Shown piece by piece: positions 26,315-37,808 of a stretch of DNA of 64,000 nt (within the stretch, counting starts at the first letter, position 1; the number at the start of each line of letters is the position of its first letter). The notes under the pieces are model-generated. The model was given only the letters and a program-made list of their open reading frames with translations, did not search any database and was not told where the DNA came from. The stretch comes from Octopus sinensis (taxonomy: Eukaryota), in assembly GCF_006345805.1 (NCBI RefSeq), contig NC_043007.1:39122001-39186000 (forward strand). Reading direction: 5' to 3'. The translations under genes were made by a program, and so were the position numbers.

Positions 26315-26448
26315 TAAGTTTACATGTATCATACCTTGATACTTGGTGAGCTGAGATTTTCGTTGACAGGCCATTGATATTAAGTCGAGTGTTTAATACT
26401 CACGGTATGCAAGTTAATAGCCCTAGTTCTCTGTAGCTAAATCTGTAG

Positions 26449-26522
26449 CTGAAGAGAAAGACACAATATGGTCTCCTTATTCAATCGGAATTTGGTAAAT
26501 TGTGCCTTTCGAAACACGTGTA
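26449..26522 (+). ncRNA. Hammerhead core lacking a matching stem I (junction-truncated)
   Basis: CUGAAGA-GAAAGACACAAU...AUUGUGCCUUUC-GAA-ACACGUGU-A, followed by AATAAA. Confidence 0.65.
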
Positions 26523-26580
26523 GAATGCAATAAAACGATTTCTGTTCAATCTTCGTTCAACTCCATTTCTTCAATTCACT

Positions 26581-26630
<50 letters not shown>

Positions 26631-26632
<2 letters not shown>

Positions 26633-27004
26633 GTCACAAAAATACGTCACGATGTGTTACCACTACTGTATATAACTCACTTTGATATTTATCATTGTTT
26701 GATTTCACTTTTTCAATATCATCGCAAGTGGACGCTGGAAAAAGTATAAGTATTTGTGAAGGAAATCTAATTCTCGCCGACAACTATGATTGTCACACGC
26801 TGACGAGAGGTCAATACCTCGAAACTCGAGTCCGTGTGTATCATAAGTTGAAGACGGGAAGGATGACTTCCCTTTGCAAATACTGACAGGACACAGAAAG
26901 TGTGTCTATGGCCAGCTGGAGGAGTGTGTCCTCCTGGGGCTAAAAACTACAGTAGCATCCACCCTTAGGGGTTAGCCATATTGAAATGGCAAAAATACTC
27001 ACGA

Positions 27005-27005
<1 letters not shown>
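26631..27005 (+). mobile_element. Non-coding PLE/retrozyme-like element in (TA)n
   Basis: ~375 bp flanked by (TA)n on both sides. Contains a canonical hammerhead. Confidence 0.75.
26785..26845 (+). ncRNA. Canonical minimal type I hammerhead ribozyme
   Basis: CACACG-CUGACGA-GAGGU caau ACCUC-GAA-ACUCGAGU-C-CGUGUG, with stem I extension UAUGAU/AUCAUA. Predicted cut after C26832. Confidence 0.9.
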
Positions 27006-27091
<86 letters not shown>

Positions 27092-27194
27092 ATACGTTTA
27101 ATTATTTGTTGGGCAAGATTTTGGCTAACTGGCATATGACCATTCCGAAATATAACAATATATATATATCTATATATATATATATATATATATA

Positions 27195-27458
27195 GGATAA
27201 ATGTTTTATACATAAACGTGAAATACAGGAAGGGACAAACACGGAACACAGACAAATCATTCGAAGCCTTCAATCTTCAGTCAGACACCGAATCATCATA
27301 GCAAATTTCGGCTGTTCAATTCTGATATTTTCTCCAACTCGGCCAGCCCCAAGAAAAAAAACTAAGCTGTAAGCATTAGATTTCTTGGTAGAAGACAGGA
27401 ATGTGAACGCACGAGACGGATGTAAATACGAGAGACGAAAACGAAATTGAAAACAGTA
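27195..27458 (-). mobile_element. Repeat family P (reversed-order hammerhead strands), diverged copy in (TA)n
   Basis: Homologous to 37500-37748 and flanked by (TA)n. Confidence 0.75.
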
Positions 27459-27511
27459 TATATATATATATATATATATATATAGGAAATATATATAATA
27501 TATATATAGAT

Positions 27512-27737
27512 ATTCTTTACTACCCCAAGGGCTAACATAGAGGGGACAAACAAGGACTGACAAATGGATTAAGTCTATTACATCGACCCCAGTGCGTAAC
27601 TGGTACTTAATTTATCGACCCGAAAGGATGAAAGGCAAAGTCGACCTCGGCAGAATTTGAACTCAGAAAGTAGCGGCAGACGAAATACCGCTAAGCAGTT
27701 CGCCCGGCGCGCTAACGTTTCTTCCAGCTCGCCACCT
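27512..27737 (-). mobile_element. SINE family A
   Basis: Reverse complement of the 4584 unit. Confidence 0.88.
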
Positions 27738-27739
27738 TT

Positions 27740-27782
<43 letters not shown>

Positions 27783-27839
27783 ATATATACTATATATACC
27801 CACACATGCATAATGATATCTATGTATATTCTTTTATTC

Positions 27840-28051
27840 GTTCACTTGTTTCAGTCATTTGACTGCGGCCATGCTAGAGCACAGCCTTTAGTCGAACGAA
27901 TCGACCCCATGACTTATTCATTGTAAGCCTAGTACTTATTCGGTCCCTTTTGCCGAACATATATACACATACATGTTACGTGGACGTAAACACACCAACA
28001 TCGGTTGTCAAGCGATGGTGAGGGAGGAACAACCACAGACACACACACACA

Positions 28052-28121
<70 letters not shown>

Positions 28122-28277
28122 GACGGCTTTCTTTCAGTTTCCGTCAACCAAATCCACTCACAAGGCTTTGGTTGGCCCGGGGCTATAATAGAAGATACTT
28201 GCTCAAGGTGTTACACAGTGGGACTGAACCCAGAACCATGTGGTTGAGAAGCAAGCTTCTTACCACACAGCCACGCA
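27840..28277 (-). mobile_element. SINE family B
   Basis: Similarity to 3697-4133. Confidence 0.85.
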
Positions 28278-29129
28278 TATACGTCCGTAAATATGTGTGC
28301 GTGTGTGTGTGTGTGTTATGTATGTACGTACGTGTAAACAATCTATCGCCCACCCTCCAGAAACACCACTACCGTATCCACATCTCTATAGTCTACATCC
28401 CCACCACCGCCAACACTGTTCAATTATCGTCTGCTCCAGTCATATTAATCTAACCCTTCTCCTCTCCTCCCCTCCTCCTCCCCCTCCTCCTAAATTTGAC
28501 TTTGACCAGATTTATTCCTTTCTCTTCTTACTCTTTTTTCATTTTCCTCCTTTTCTTTTTCACTTATTTTTCGCCACCTCCTCGTCTTCCCCCCTATTTA
28601 TCTAGCTTCGCCTCTCCCCCCTCCCCTCGCCCCACAGCACCTACTTCGTATCTTCTTATCTTTCACAGTCTCCTATGCCCCCTCCTCTCTTTTCCATATC
28701 TTACAACCCTCCAACACTACCACAATTACCTCACAACTGCCCTCACTTCGTTAACACTGCTATCTCTCTCTCTCTCTTTCTCTCTCTCCCTCCATCTCTC
28801 TCTTCCTCACTGTCTCTTTTTCTCACTCTCATTTCCATCTCCATCTCTCTCTGTGTCTCTCTCCCCCTCTCCCTCTCTCTCTCTTCCTCTCGCTCTCACT
28901 GTCTCTTATACAGTGCATGTGGTTCTTTTGCCTTTTACTTGTTTCAGTCACTGGGCTGCGGCCATACTGGGGCACCGTCTTGAAGTGTTTTAGTCGAACA
29001 AATCGATCCCAGCTTGTCTTAAAGTGATTTACTCATTCTATCGCCGTCTTTTTCCGAATCTCTATGACTATACGGAGATGTCAAAACAAACCAACACCGA
29101 TTGTTAATTACTAAGGGGGGGTCAAACAG

Positions 29130-29152
29130 ACACACACACACACATACACACA

Positions 29153-29184
<32 letters not shown>

Positions 29185-29443
29185 TACACACACACATACA
29201 CACACACACATACACACACATAACACACACACACATACACACACACATACACACACACATACATACACACACACATACACACACATACACATACACACAC
29301 ACACATACACACACACACATACACACTCACTCACACATACACACATACACACACATACACACTCACTCACACATACACACACATACACACACACACACAC
29401 ATACACACACACACATACACACACACACATACACACACACATA

Positions 29444-29475
<32 letters not shown>
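29130..29475. repeat. (CA)n/(CATACA)n microsatellite
   Basis: Direct inspection. Confidence 0.95.
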
Positions 29476-30166
29476 TGCCAGTTCCCCACTCCCCTGGACT
29501 ATTTCGTTATGTCGATCCCGAAAAGGCGAGGTTGACAAAGCGAAATAATCCAGTAGGTAGCATTTCGAAATCAAAACATTGTGGACTCCAAAAAATACCT
29601 CAAAAGCGTTTTTGTTTTACGTTCTAACTAAATTACCAACTCGTCGTTGGACTTTCTGTGCGTTTATAAGTTTTGGTGGTAGTGGCCACGGCACAGACAG
29701 GCAAGGATACTCTAGAGAGAACATGACAAATGGTATTCTTTTGCCCATTATTATCGGTCGTGTAATTTTAGCATAATGTTTCATCAGGGGTAATGTTCTT
29801 AGTGATGGCCCTGATGGAGGTGGTGGTGGTGGTTCTAGTGGTGTTAGCTCTTCTGTGGTAATTGGCAGTATATCTCCAAGTCAACTCTGATCGAGCTGTT
29901 CTAGTTGAGAGCATCCCAATACGAACTGAACAAGATTCGTAGATAAGTTTCCCCTCTCTGTGGCAGTATAGGAACCATGCATTCCTCTCGAAGTTCTTCT
30001 CTGATAGTTGTTTGGAAGTTTGTAAAACTATTAGAAGATTCACATATCGCACTCTAGAAAAAGAAACACTCTTCCCGAAATACTTGCGGCGAGGATCCTA
30101 CTGAGATTCGAACCATCTCACTCAAATCTCCAGTGTCGAACCGCGGCTCAACTATATTGCCTTAAA

Positions 30167-30392
30167 AGGCAATGAGAAAATAATTTTGTTGATAGGCCTT
30201 TGATATTAAGTCAAGTGTTGAATACTCACGGTATGCAAGTTAATAGTCCTAGTTCTCTGTAGCTATTGGATTTGTTGAGTATATAAACAGGCTGGCTGCA
30301 TATTTATTTTGCATTGTTCAAGATAATATAGAAACCTCTGATGAGAACTCAATAAGGTCCGAAAATTCGTTTAAGGCTATGAGAAAATAATT
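30167..30392 (+). mobile_element. Retrozyme-like 207-bp unit with degenerate hammerhead (30335-30376)
   Basis: AGGC(A/T)ATGAGAAAATAATT at 30167 and 30374. Core CCU-CUGAUGA-...GGUCC-GAAA...UUA-AGG. Body shared with about 26363-26440. Confidence 0.6.
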
Positions 30393-30458
30393 GTGTCACC
30401 ATAAAAGGCATTAACACTTACGTGAACAATGGTTCGGTCAGTCAGATCAGCTGGAATA

Positions 30459-30673
30459 CGAGAGGGTGCTGAAAAGTTCTTGGCTTAGGGTTAAAGAAAA
30501 TACAAGAGGATCGGTTACTTATGATTTTATTCATCATTTTCCCCGCTCAGATTTATGCACTTATAGCTGAGGCCCTTCAATTTTTCTAAGCCCTGTAAAA
30601 GAACTCAGGCTGGGCTTCAAACCAGGCCTTCCGCGATACCCTTAAAAGCCGGGAACTTTTCAGCACTCCCTCG
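30459..30673. mobile_element. mariner-like MITE
   Basis: TA|CGAG..GTGCTGAAAAGTTC and GAACTTTTCAGCAC..CTCG TIRs. Second copy at 53343. Confidence 0.85.
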
Positions 30674-32246
30674 AATAACCAAATAATCGATAGACTTGAA
30701 AGTTTTGTTAATTTCCCCGCCAAATAGATCGACCGAAAGTTCTGAGAACTTGACTTAATGTTATAAAAAGCTGGGATGTTGAACCTCAGGTGGTACACAG
30801 AACTCTCTCGGGCAGTTTTGTGATAAGTTGTTTTCACTTTTTTGTTACTTTCTCTGTCTTTAATAACCATGAACAATTTTCATATAAATAACTTAGGTAT
30901 TATTACATTAACTTATCTTATATTTGCTGTTGTAATCAAATAATTGTTGCAAATGCAAATGTTCTGGTTAATAAAAACGAAATTGGAAACATATAAATAT
31001 TAGTGCAGTCATTCTCACTCAGCCTACCTGATATTGTAATGACTAGGACCCACCAAATACTCATATTGTACATGACATAAAACTATCTTTAATACAAAAC
31101 AGTTACGTCGGTGCTCATATTTTCAATGTTAACTAGAAGGAAAAAAAATTAATCTAAAATCCGGCAAGTCACAATTAAACGACAGAAGAAAAAAAACCCA
31201 ACCAAGATATAAATAACTGTCAGACATAAAGACTTTAATGGCTTTTAGAACTCCTAATGGACATAAAATTTCGTGATTAATATGACTCGGATCCATTATG
31301 GACACGATAGATCGAGAAATTTCCAGAAAATGATACAAGCTATTGGTATATATATCAATAACTCGGATTACGCTTTAAGCTTCTAGTTCTTGTTCCTTCT
31401 GTTTTTTTCTTTTGTTTTATTTCTTCCTGTAAATAATGTTAACGAGATTTCTCATGTCTTCTTTCCAGTTTGCTATTTATGTCGATCAATTCCGTTCCAA
31501 AATTATAGATAATCAATTGAAGAATATAATAAGTATGTATGTATGTATGTATGTATGTATGTATGTATGTATGTATGTATGTATGTATGTATGTATGCAT
31601 GTGTGCATATGTATACATGATATACGTATGTGTGTTTGTATGTATTTATGTTTCTCTTACATGTGAGTGCGTGTGTGCATGTGCATCACATATTACATAT
31701 ATACATACTTACGTACATACATATATACTTACGTACATACGTATAATCAGCCTCCAAAGAGACGGTTGCTGGTTTGCATCGGTGACGCTTGTATAGGTAA
31801 AAGCAACAGAGAGATCACAGTGAAATTGCCGTGGGTAGTGACTTAGAGGCGCATCCAACGATTCGAAAAGAGTCTATCTTCAGAGTGAAAGCGACAAAGT
31901 GAGAAGGAAACAGCAAAATTTTACGTGGTCTACTTTTAAGCGATGTAAAACTCGGTTGCTTTTCCTTCTTTTTACTGTTTGTCATCTTCACATTGAAAAG
32001 GAACCCTGTCCAACACATTGGTTGCGCTACTCTTCTGTCGTTTTCTATTTATTCTTATCTCTCTCTTTTTCTCTCCTTCGTATATATATATATATATATA
32101 ATATATATATATATATATCTATATATATTATTATATATATATATAATAAAAATAGTAATGCAATGCGAGAGTATTGCTTTCCAGTAAAGAATAGCCCGTG
32201 AGGGAAAATTATACATAGAAGTAAAATTATGCCATATATTTACTTC

Positions 32247-32329
<83 letters not shown>

Positions 32330-32330
<1 letters not shown>

Positions 32331-32485
32331 GAATACAAATGGGAGAAGAACGCAAAACATCCGGACAACTAGATGATACAAAAAGAGACAACAAAACATC
32401 CAGATAGACGATACAAAAAAACACGGACGGGTCATTCGAAGCCTTTTATCTTCAGTCAAGAACCGGATCATCCTCGCAATTTCGG
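32330..32485 (-). mobile_element. Repeat family P, truncated copy in (TA)n
   Basis: Minus strand CCGAAAUUGCGAGGAUGAUCCGGUUCUUGACUGAAGA...GGCUUCGAAUG. Confidence 0.75.
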
Positions 32486-32510
32486 ATATATATATATATG
32501 TACACACACA

Positions 32511-33771
32511 CAGTGGTTGGACAAAATAATGGAAGCACCTTAAAATTTCAAACAAATTTATTTTAATATGGGGTAGAACCACCTTTGGCAGTAATTACAG
32601 CTTGAATTCCATGAGCTATTGACTCGTACAAAGTTTGAATTGTTTCCAAAGGAATTTTTGTCCATTCTTCAGCTAAAACAGTCTCCAATTCTTGTAGTGA
32701 TGATAGTGGGGGATATCGACTCCTTACTTGTTTTTCGAAAATGGGTCATAAATGTTTAATAATATTGAGATCTGGGGACTGTGGTTTCTAGATAAGATGT
32801 TCGACTTCACTAGAATGTTCCTCGTGCCATTCAGTAACAACTTTAGCTGTGTGAATTGGTGCATTATCATCCTGAAAGATCGCGTTTCCCTCTGGAAACA
32901 GTTCCGCAACCATAGGATGAATTTGATCAGATAAAATGCTTAAATAGTCTTAAATATTAATTCTGCCTTGAATGGAAATCATTGGGCCGGCGTATTTCCA
33001 AAATATAACTCCCCAGATGATCACAGATACTCGTCCATGTTTAACAGTTGGAAGAAGGCAATCTGGGTCAAATGCTTCTTTTTACTGTCTCTATACGTAT
33101 ACTCGGCCGGTGATCAGGAATAAGGTAAAGATGACTCGTCCGAGAAAATAACATTCTTCCATTGCTCTAGGGACCAATTCTGTAGATTTTTACTCCACTC
33201 TAAACGCATTGCAACGTTTGTTTTTGAAAGTAGTGGTTTTCTGATCGCAGCCCTCCTGTGAAATCCGGCTTTGTGCAGCTCCCGGCGAACAGTTTTTATG
33301 GAAACTGGTTTCTGAGGTGGTCATTAAGCTCTGCAGTAATTTTGGGGATCGGACTTTTGTGATCCTTTCTAACAATTCGCGTAAGAGTCCAACGGTCCCT
33401 GTCTGAAAGTTTTGGTTTTCTTCCAGAGTTTTATTTCGACGAAGAGGTTTTTCCCTCTTTCTCAAAGACTATCATTACTTTCGATACAGTACTTCTTGAT
33501 ACACCAAACATTTTGGATGTTTTCGTTACGCTAGCGTCTGCCATACGAGGACCAACAATTTGACCTCTTTGAAAGTCCGGTAGATCTGTCATTTTAATGA
33601 ATTTCAATTACCTTTTTCTGATGACATCTGAAAAGAAACAGCAATTTTAGCAAAACATAGTAAGCAACACTAATAATAAATCAAAAACATAAAAATAAAC
33701 AAGCTTTTATAGATATTTCAAAATTATGATGCTATGATGCTAGGTGTTTCCATTATTTTGTCCAACCCTTG
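32511..33771 (-). mobile_element. Full-length decayed Tc1 transposon, DD36E-type
   Basis: ~30-bp TIRs CAGTGGTTGGACAAAATAATGGAAGCACCT and AGGTGTTTCCATTATTTTGTCCAACCCTTG|TA. Length 1261 bp. Confidence 0.92.
32563..33592 (-). pseudogene. Tc1 transposase pseudogene
   Basis: MTDLPDFQRGQIVG..FGVSRSTVSKV (HTH), VIFSDES, IFQDDNAPIH, SPDLNII. Contains stops and frameshifts. Confidence 0.88.
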
Positions 33772-33873
33772 TATATATTAAGATCTACGAAGATGAGAGC
33801 TTAACTGCAGCGCTATTGGTGGTCCAAATCGGATATGCAATCTGTGTGGGTGTCTCTTCAAAACATTGTCTGG

Positions 33874-33957
<84 letters not shown>

Positions 33958-34510
33958 AAAATATATATATATAGAGAGAGAGATACACATGCAGATATAT
34001 AAATCGTACTTATACGTATGTGTATGTCCAGTATATACACACACAATTTATACGTGTTGCGACGGAGAAATAAGTTTGAGAAGATATTACAAGTAAAATG
34101 GGAGAGATGAATAAAAGAAAGTTAAAAGTGTACAATACAGAGGGTTAATTAGAGAGGTGCCGTGATAAAGTAAAGAAGTTGGGGAGACTGAGAAAAGGAT
34201 AGAGGAAATAATAGAAATGGATACATAGGCAGAGTATGATACTGAAGCATAGAGAAAGGTTGGGAAATAAGGCTAAGATTAGAGGCAGAATCTCCAAGTA
34301 TTAGTTTGTTCTCCTCTCAAAGGGGAGATAATTCAATACATCAAAAGTATATTACATGGGTTTTTGATTCTTCTTTATTCATTTTTATTGTCCATTTTCA
34401 TGCCACAGGCCATTCTGAACTATTTCTTTTAATTCATATTCGTGTTCGTGCTACATATTACACGCACGTTATATATAGATAGTGTGTGTGTGTGTGAGTG
34501 TGTGTGTGTA

Positions 34511-34548
<38 letters not shown>

Positions 34549-34572
34549 CACGCACACATATACATCTATATC

Positions 34573-34604
<32 letters not shown>

Positions 34605-34849
34605 TATATCAATACTTATATATATATATATATATATACATATAAAGAGAGAGAGAGAGAGAGAGAGAGTGAAAGAAAGAGAGAGAGAGAGAAAGAGATC
34701 GCGTACATACACACACACATACACATTCTTATATAATCTTTTATTGATTGGTCAGTTAATTGCTATCAGCTTCTGTTTGATTAGTAATCATTAACTTCGA
34801 TCAATGAGAACGTTAAAGACATTATCATCATCATCATCATCATCATCAC

Positions 34850-34881
<32 letters not shown>

Positions 34882-35283
34882 CATTATCAACAACAATGCA
34901 GTTTTTTGATTGTCGTTAACAAGCGATACAAGATACCAATTTAGTATTATTTAGTAATTAACGAAATTAATAAGCAGGCAAACACACCACACACGCATAT
35001 ACATTCTTTTTTGTGATTGTGGGGTGTGCGTGTTTGTTTGTTTGTTTGTTCGTCTGTTTGTGTGTGTGTCTGTTTGTTTGTTTGTGTGTGCGTGGTGTGT
35101 GTGCGTGTGTGTGGTGTGTGTGTGTGTGTGTGATTAATAAGAGGAAATATATATAGAAACAACTTGTACTATGCTTGTTAACAATATTTGGATGAAAGAA
35201 ATTTCGATTTGGGAACGTTCGTGTATGTGTAAAGATAGGGAGCACCTTGTATCATTAACGTTGGCACATTATCCGTTTTGCTT

Positions 35284-35758
35284 CACCACCACCACCACCA
35301 CCAACACCACCAACACCACCACCACCAACACCACCACCACCAACACCACCACCACCACCAACCCACACCACCACCACCACCACCACCACCACCACCACCA
35401 ACACCACCACCACCAACACCACCACCACCAACACCACCACCACCAACACCACCACCACCACCAACACCACCACCACCACACCACCACCACCACCACCACC
35501 ACCAACAACCACCACCACCACCACCAACAACACCACCACCAACACCACCACCACCAACCACCACCACCACCAACACCACCACCACCAACACCACCACCAA
35601 CACCACCACCACCACCACCACCAACACCACCACCACCAACACCACCACCACACTCATCATCATCATCGTCGTCGTCGTCGTCGTCATCATCATCATCGCC
35701 GTCATCACCATCGTCGTCGTTATCACCATCGTCATCGTCGTGGTCGTCGTCTTCACCA
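35284..35758. repeat. (CAC/CAA)n and (TCA/TCG)n microsatellite
   Basis: Direct inspection. Confidence 0.95.
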
Positions 35759-36289
35759 TCGGATGCAGGAACAACAATGTGTGTACGTCTAAAAGCGCGT
35801 GCATGTGCCTACGTGATTAGAGTGGGCGAGCTCCCAACAAGATGTAGCTACGTTGCCTGATACAAACCAAATAATCTCGGTTAAGTGGGTTTCACTTGAA
35901 ATTCTCTGCGTTATTTTCCACTTCCAGCCTGATCCGAACCGGAGTCAAAAAAAAACCTCCCAAAGCATCTTTTGGTGCATTTTGTCATTGGGTTGTGGCC
36001 ATGCTGGAGCACTGTCTTCAATAGAACACTCAAATATATGTACCCAGTACTTGCAGATTGGTATCTTTTATCTTTTACGTTAGACTGCGGCCATGCTAGG
36101 GCACCACCTCGAAGAATATCTGTTAGTCGAATGAATTGACTTCGGTATTTATTTTCTTTTTTTAAGCCTGGAACTTATTTTATCGGTTTGCTGAACCGCT
36201 AGGTTAGTTGGACGTAAACACACCAACACCGGTTGTCAAGCGGTGATGGGGGACGAACACATACTGAAATACACACAAACATTATATAA

Positions 36290-36329
<40 letters not shown>

Positions 36330-36338
36330 TGTGTTGTG

Positions 36339-36372
<34 letters not shown>

Positions 36373-36500
36373 CCTGCTCGCTTAGCCAGCGGGGTGGCGT
36401 CATTTCAAGGCTAAAACAATGCGAAGCGCATTGTGACCAGCGATGTGTAACAACATCTGATAGCCTGGTCGGTCACGGTGATCACGGTGATATATATATA

Positions 36501-36532
<32 letters not shown>

Positions 36533-36550
36533 AGTAAATGTACAAACAAT

Positions 36551-36725
36551 AAACGTATACTGAGTACAGAAAGAAACGGAAAACAAAAACAGAAGGTCCC
36601 TAATTCTTCATCAGTTATCAACCAGATGGTATTACTCAGTATTGCACCACCTGGTTGATAACTGACGAAGAATTAGGGGCCTTCTGTTTTTGTTTTCCGT
36701 CTGTTTCTGCACCCAATATACGTTT
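36551..36725. repeat. ~80-bp-arm inverted repeat at the end of the family P array
   Basis: AAACGTATA...TTATCAACCAGATGGT pairs with ACCACCTGGTTGATAA...TATACGTTT, imperfectly. Confidence 0.85.
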
Positions 36726-37748
36726 TCGTTTTCCGTCCTCGTGTTGTATACATTCGAAGCTTTCTTCCAGGGGATCTAATGCGCTTGGCTTAGATTTCCC
36801 TTGGCGGGCTGCCATATCGGAGCAATCTCAAGATTAATCAGCGAAATTGCTAAGATGATCTGGTTCTTGACTGATGACTGAGGGCTTCGAATGTCCCGTC
36901 CTGTGGTTCTTGTGTCGTCTCTGTGGTGTTTCAGTTCTTGTCCATGTCTGTAATTATTTTACTGTTTACCTATATAATCGGCGGCTACGTATCCACAATT
37001 TCCTCTATACGATAAGAGAGAAAGTATATTTTTTCTCTAGCATTGATACGACTCTTAATCTGTCTCTTTCTCTCTCTCTCTCTCTCCTCCCTTATTCCCC
37101 TTCCTTTCTTTCCCTCTCCATCCGTCTTCCCCCCCCTTCTACGTTTCTCTATCTCTCTCACCTCCAGCCACCTCGATCTGTCTCTGTCTTCTCCTCCCTC
37201 GTCCACCTCTCTCTCTTTCATCGTCCTTTCTCCTGTCTTGTTCTCACGTGACCGCTAGCCGTTGTGAGCGCCTCTTTCGTTCCAGCAGTCGCAGAAGCAA
37301 CACGTATTTGTTCGTCTCCCTGCGGCCATTAGGCACAACTTCACAAGCCAGCCCCATACTCACTCGTCCTGTCGAAAGACCCTTGTCCTACGTCCTGTTT
37401 GTTTTTGTTGTTTATTTTTATTTTTACCGTTATTGTTTTTACGTTTTGTATTCTTATTGGTGTCACGTATCTGTATTTTTGTTCGTGTATCGTTCGTTCG
37501 TTTTTTCGTGTTCCTCGTGTTGTATACATTCGAAGCTTTCTTCCAGGGGATCTAATGCGCTGGCTTAGATTTCCTTGGCGGGCTGGCCATATCGGAGCAA
37601 TCTTCAAGATTAATCAGCCGAAATTGCTAAGATGATCTGGTTCTTGACTGATGACTGAGGGCTTCGAATGTCCCGTCCTGTGGTTCTTGTGTCGTCTCTG
37701 TGGTGTTTCATGTTCTTGTCCATGTCTGTAATTATTTTACTGTTTACC
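36724..37748 (+). mobile_element. Repeat family P: non-coding 777-bp unit in partial tandem, bounded by (TA)n
   Basis: 36730-36970 is repeated at about 37505-37748. CTGATGA at 36871 and 37648. Confidence 0.85.
37527..37670 (+). ncRNA. Candidate permuted (reverse strand order) hammerhead ribozyme domain
   Basis: AGCAAU-C-(U)UCAAGA, then CAGCC-GAA-AUUGCU, then UCUUGA-CUGAUGA, enclosed by CAUUCGAAGC/GCUUCGAAUG. Confidence 0.55.

Positions 37749-37807
<59 letters not shown>

Positions 37808-37808
<1 letters not shown>

Noticed and set aside
35171-35860. Long His/Pro/Thr/Ser-rich ORFs
   Set aside because: Translations of (CAC)n/(TCG)n microsatellites that are open in several frames.
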